Assembly: GCA_964419925.1 (NCBI GenBank)
Contig: CAYQPR010000005.1
Location: 1-40,852 of the forward strand
Source of the DNA: Candidatus Woesearchaeota archaeon
GTDB taxonomy: Archaea > Nanobdellota > Nanobdellia > SCGC-AAA011-G17 > GW2011-AR20
DNA length: 40,852 bases
Direction: 5' to 3'
Part shown: in pieces, positions 37,368 through 40,852 of the stretch
Numbering within the stretch: the first letter of the stretch is position 1
How the letters are laid out: every line of letters begins with the position of its first letter
Notes under the pieces: generated by a model
Databases searched by the model: none
What the model saw: only the letters and a program-made list of their open reading frames with translations
What the model was told of the DNA's origin: nothing
Translations under genes and position numbers: made by a program

Positions 37368-37643
37368 ATGAATAAATTAAAAAATAGATTTAGAATAAAA
37401 CATTCACCAACATTAAATACTGTCTTAATGATTGAAGAGGTTTTAAGAAAAACAAATGATTTAATGAGCTTAGCAGATATAAAAAGAAAATTACCTAGAA
37501 AAGTGATGCATCAAACAATTATTCAGGTTTTAGATTATTTACAACATAGCGGAAAAATAATAATCGGAACTAAAGGAATTCTTTGGATTTATGCTCCGAG
37601 AAAGGAACTTGATTCCCTAATTAAAAGAGGAATGGAAGTTTAG
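37368..37643 (+). CDS. Winged-helix protein, putative antitoxin/regulator
   Basis: HSPTLNTVLMIEE...LPRKVMHQTI..VLDYL..SGKI; AGGAG SD; stop overlaps the start of the RelE-like gene. Confidence 0.75.
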   Translation: MNKLKNRFRIKHSPTLNTVLMIEEVLRKTNDLMSLADIKRKLPRKVMHQTIIQVLDYLQHSGKIIIGTKGILWIYAPRKELDSLIKRGMEV

Positions 37644-38002
37644 TGAATAAGTCAATAAAAATAATATTATTGAATGAGGCAAATGAGGAATATAAAAAAT
37701 TAAATGAAATTGTGTCAAAACAGATTAAATAAGGCAGTGAAAATAGTTTTGAAATACAATTGTTAAAGTCTATAAAACAAAAAATTGATTTTATAAAACT
37801 AAATCCATTTTATGGTGATCATATTCCTCGAAAATTAATTCCAAAAGAATATAACGCTCAAAATCTTTGGAGAGTTGAACTGACAAATTTTTGGAGAATG
37901 TTATATACAATAAAAGGAGACGAAATTGAGATTATTTGTTTTGTTTTAGATATAGTAAGTCATAAAGATTATGATAAAAAGTTTGGTTATAGAAAGAAAT
38001 AG
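37643..38002 (+). pseudogene. RelE/ParE-like toxin interrupted by in-frame TAA at 37730-37732
   Basis: GTG 37643 is in frame with track ORF 37760. Read-through gives MNKSIKIILLNEANEEY...QIK*GSENS...NPFYGDHIP...LWRVEL..FWRMLYTI...HKDYDK. Confidence 0.75.
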
Positions 38003-38003
38003 A

Positions 38004-38306
38004 TTAACGCGAAAAAATAAGTTCACCTATTAGAACGAATAAAATTAAAATTCCCATAAACGAAAAGATATAAACAAAAATACTGCGTTCCTTGTATTTA
38101 ATTATGCTTCTTATTCCTAGAAATGAGGATATTAATCCTGAAACAAGAGAAGTTATTGCAATGATTATGGTTAAGGTTATGTTAAGAGAAATATCTTTAA
38201 AATGAAATAAGGGTCCTAAAATTCTAGAAAGAAAAAATAAAAAAATATATAAAATTCCAAATTTAAATGATAATTCTCCCAGTTTTGTTTTTGGTTTAAA
38301 TTTCAT
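38004..38306 (-). CDS. Small 3-TM membrane protein
   Basis: Three hydrophobic segments; KYKERSIFV loop. Confidence 0.75.
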   Translation of the reverse strand: MKFKPKTKLGELSFKFGILYIFLFFLSRILGPLFHFKDISLNITLTIIIAITSLVSGLISSFLGIRSIIKYKERSIFVYIFSFMGILILFVLIGELIFSR

Positions 38307-38360
38307 TGTTTATGATTAACTGAATATGTTATTTAAAGATATTTATTTTATATCTAACCC

Positions 38361-38879
38361 CTAATCGGGAATTAGTAATAAACTTAAATCCCCTCCGTTT
38401 ATAGATAAATTAGAAATTGTAGACCATGCTAATATTGTTAACCATAAACATAATGTAATATTAATAAAAAATAAATGAAAAATTAATTTTTTACTTCTAA
38501 AAATAAAAAATAAACTTGTGTTGAGAATTATTAAAAATGCAATAAGATAAATGATTATTAAATCTGATTTAATACCTGCCATTAAAACTTCTCTTTTTTG
38601 TTCTAATGTTAATTTATTTAAGTCTTCAGATTTAACGTAAGTTGTCCCGGCAGAATAAGGCTTGAGTTGAAATTTATAAAATGTTTTTATATATTGGTTT
38701 AGGTTTAATTGATAACTAGCAGTTATTCCGTATTTATTTAAAGCTTTAACATGCGCCATTTCATGATTATAAGTGGAGAATGCGGATAAGAGTGGAATTA
38801 ATATCAATGAAGATAAAACAATCAATATAATTACAAACAAAAAATTAATTTGAAGTTGTTTAATTGTAAATTGGTTCAT
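38361..38879 (-). CDS. M50 (site-2 protease)-like membrane metallopeptidase
   Basis: HEMAH after TM1, VLMAG, distal N...GGD; overlaps the upstream gene. Confidence 0.65.
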   Translation of the reverse strand: MNQFTIKQLQINFLFVIILIVLSSLILIPLLSAFSTYNHEMAHVKALNKYGITASYQLNLNQYIKTFYKFQLKPYSAGTTYVKSEDLNKLTLEQKREVLMAGIKSDLIIIYLIAFLIILNTSLFFIFRSKKLIFHLFFINITLCLWLTILAWSTISNLSINGGDLSLLLIPD

Positions 38880-39117
38880 TTTTTATAACTAAAAAACCTT
38901 TAATTTTTGAGTAGTGTTCGATGTCCTTTTTATTTAATTCCCCTGAAAATAATATGCTAATTGTTTCATTATCTTTTAATTCTATAACGCGACCACGATA
39001 CCATAATCCATAAACTTCTTTTCTCTTGTCATTTTTTATCTTAATGTCCTTTCGGATACATCCTGTTTTAAATTTTCCATCCTTTACAACTAATTCTTTT
39101 ACAATTAAGTTTTTCAT
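38860..39117 (-). CDS. Hypothetical protein
   Basis: 85-aa ORF tightly packed in the operon. Confidence 0.6.
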   Translation of the reverse strand: MKNLIVKELVVKDGKFKTGCIRKDIKIKNDKRKEVYGLWYRGRVIELKDNETISILFSGELNKKDIEHYSKIKGFLVIKNEPIYN

Positions 39118-39118
39118 C

Positions 39119-39622
39119 TTAGCTGAGATACTCCTCTAATTCTTTTTTATAAATATCAAAATCACCATCACTGTATAAAACAAAAATAATTTTTTTAATA
39201 GAATCGGAAGTGAATTTACTTACCACTTCTTTAACTATTTCTGCGGATTTTTCAATTGGGACCCCAAAAGCACCAGTTGCGATTGCAGGAAAGGCAATAC
39301 TTTCACATTTATTTTCTTCAGCAAGTTTTAAAGAGTTTTCATAACATCTTTTTAGTAAATTTATGTCCTCTCCATGTTTATATCTTGGTCCAACCGTATG
39401 AATAACATATTTTGCGGGTAAATTATATCCTTTTGTTATTTTTGCTTCACTTGTTTCACAACCATTAAGGGTTCTACACTCTTTTAACAATTGTGGGCCT
39501 GCGGCTCTATGAATTGCACCATCTACACCCCCACCACCCCAAAGACTTTTATTTGCTGCGTTTACTATTGCATCTGCTTTAATTTTTGTAATATCCTTTT
39601 GAATTACCTCAATTTTGATCAT
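39119..39622 (-). CDS. Macrodomain ADP-ribose hydrolase (MacroD/YmdB-like)
   Basis: DIT, AIVNAAN, GGGGVDGAIH, VIHTVGP, AFPAIATGAFG. Confidence 0.95.
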   Translation of the reverse strand: MIKIEVIQKDITKIKADAIVNAANKSLWGGGGVDGAIHRAAGPQLLKECRTLNGCETSEAKITKGYNLPAKYVIHTVGPRYKHGEDINLLKRCYENSLKLAEENKCESIAFPAIATGAFGVPIEKSAEIVKEVVSKFTSDSIKKIIFVLYSDGDFDIYKKELEEYLS

Positions 39623-39894
39623 TTTATTTTATATTCCTTCATTTTTTTAAAAGCAATTTTATCAATGGTATCATCAATCTCTTTTTTAGTTGCTATTTTC
39701 TTTTTTAAAATGATGTCCTTTAAAGTCTCTATTGCAATTCTTGAGATTACATTTTCTGCATGAAGAGCAACAATCATATCAAAAATTAATTTTGAATTAT
39801 ATTTCTCATCAAGTTTTTTCTTTTCCCAAGATTTTTCAAAGTATTTACTTATAATTTTATGAACATTATTTCCATCATATCTTATTTTTTTCAT
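39619..39894 (-). CDS. Hypothetical protein
   Basis: 91-aa ORF with ATGA overlap to the macrodomain gene. Confidence 0.6.
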   Translation of the reverse strand: MKKIRYDGNNVHKIISKYFEKSWEKKKLDEKYNSKLIFDMIVALHAENVISRIAIETLKDIILKKKIATKKEIDDTIDKIAFKKMKEYKIK

Positions 39895-39895
39895 T

Positions 39896-40120
39896 TTATC
39901 CGATATAATTTTTAACTTTAATTAATTCTTTATTTATTTTAGAAATATTTTTTGGGCTAATGTTTTTTACTGGAAAATCATCAGAACCTTCTTCTTCATC
40001 TTGTGTTTTTGTAACAACCTGAACAATTTTGAATTTATTTTTCTTAGAAATTATTTTAACTGCAATGTCATCTTTTAATTGTTTTTTAAGTTCTTTTAAT
40101 TGTTGTTCTAATGTTTTCAT
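39896..40120 (-). CDS. Small hypothetical protein ending in YIG
   Basis: BRE/TATA GAAAGGCTTAAATA sits about 28 nt above ATG 40120, favouring it over 40162. Confidence 0.6.
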   Translation of the reverse strand: MKTLEQQLKELKKQLKDDIAVKIISKKNKFKIVQVVTKTQDEEEGSDDFPVKNISPKNISKINKELIKVKNYIG

Positions 40121-40204
40121 TTTATTTAGTGAGCTTAACTTATATTTAAGCCTTTCTACCATAAATTAGAAAAGTATATAAATTAGTATATTTTAACGTT
40201 TAAT

Positions 40205-40798
40205 ATGAATGTGTTAATTTCAACTTTATATGCATTTGAACCTGTAATACTGGTTTCTACAAAACTTGGTGTGGATAAGTTAATCTTAATGATTGATGAT
40301 AAACCTAATGAGATTCAGCGTAAATCTCTAGAACTGATTAAAGATAGTCTTGGAAAGGTAGTTGAAGTCAAACAAATTAAAACTGAAGTTTATAATATTG
40401 TTAATGTTGCTGAAGAAGCGATTAAAGCAATCGATTATGAAAGTGATAAAAATATTATTTATGTTAATGTGACTGGAGCAAGAAAAACTCAAAGTTTGGG
40501 ATTATTATTTGCTGCTTATTCCAGAGTTGAAAAAATAAAACAAATAGTTTATGTCATAGAAGAAACAAAACAAATGATTTCTTTGCCTAAACTAAACTTT
40601 AATTTAAATAATTCTCAAAAACAAATTCTTGAATATATTAATAATAAGGAATTAACAAGTTTAAGCGATTTAAGCTCTAAGATTAAAATTTCTCGTGGTA
40701 TGTTATATAGAACAATAAAAGAATTAAAAGATTTAGGATTAATTTATGATGAAGAAGGATTTAAGTTAAGTGATGCTGGGAGGATTGCTGTACTTTAA
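40205..40798 (+). CDS. Csa3-like CARF plus winged-helix transcription regulator
   Basis: N-terminal Rossmann-like CARF (VLISTL, DKLIL, YVNVTGARK, LFAAY, LP), then HTH (LSSKIKISRGMLYRTIKELKDLGLI...LSDAGRI). Confidence 0.85.
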   Translation: MNVLISTLYAFEPVILVSTKLGVDKLILMIDDKPNEIQRKSLELIKDSLGKVVEVKQIKTEVYNIVNVAEEAIKAIDYESDKNIIYVNVTGARKTQSLGLLFAAYSRVEKIKQIVYVIEETKQMISLPKLNFNLNNSQKQILEYINNKELTSLSDLSSKIKISRGMLYRTIKELKDLGLIYDEEGFKLSDAGRIAVL

Positions 40799-40799
40799 A

Positions 40800-40852
40800 A
40801 TGGATGAACAAAATGCAATGGTTGTCTTTCAAGACAAGAAAATAAGAAGAAC
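40800..40852 (+). CDS. 5' fragment of a probable Bro-N domain protein (truncated by the window)
   Basis: MDEQNAMVVFQDKKIRR resembles the N-terminus of archaeal/bacterial Bro-N proteins; starts 1 nt after the upstream stop. Confidence 0.5.
   Translation, partial: MDEQNAMVVFQDKKIRR

Noticed and set aside
37730-37732. Stop-codon reassignment as the explanation for the in-frame TAA
   Set aside because: TAA is the normal terminator of most genes in this window.
38330-38358. AGATAT/ATATCT inverted repeat with GTTAGAT, a possible second dif or attC site
   Set aside because: The arms are only 6 bp, the spacing does not fit 11-6-11, and it overlaps an ordinary TATA box in very AT-rich DNA.
35889-40204. 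Integron cassette array next to the recombinase
   Set aside because: Genes lie in mixed orientations with their own TATA boxes, no repeated attC-like palindromes are visible between them, and the recombinase lacks the IntI-specific insertion.

Overview
Gene-dense, AT-rich archaeal chromosome segment. Archaeal MCM, TBP, RFC, FEN1, PolB, RadB and CDC48, BRE/TATA promoters and many near-leaderless starts point to a DPANN genome of the Woesearchaeota/Pacearchaeota type; the taxon is inferred. Bases 1-33.3 kb hold mostly informational core genes (mcm, tbp, RPA32-like, ileS, rfcS/rfcL, fen, polB, radB, topA, cdc48, map, serS, rlmE, trm5, tRNA-Lys-CTT). Orphan genes and an intein-containing HerA/DUF87-like ATPase are interspersed. 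Bases 33.4-40.85 kb are accessory. They carry a 41-aa basic protein absent from the ORF track, a free-standing Vsr/EDxHD-type endonuclease, and an intact but apparently catalytically dead Xer-type recombinase with a dif-like site 4 bp past its stop. Also present are SemiSWEET, TspO, a toxin-antitoxin pair whose toxin has a premature stop, and a Csa3-like CARF-wHTH regulator divergent from a macrodomain/M50-protease operon. Other highlights are an IleRS with the swapped GVHH signature, a membrane protein with a long Q/N-rich domain free of D, E and K, a pore-less voltage-sensor-like protein, and a PD-(D/E)XK nuclease with a PIP-like tail between fen and polB. No CRISPR array, rRNA or IS element was seen. 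All calls come from reading motifs; no database searches were run.
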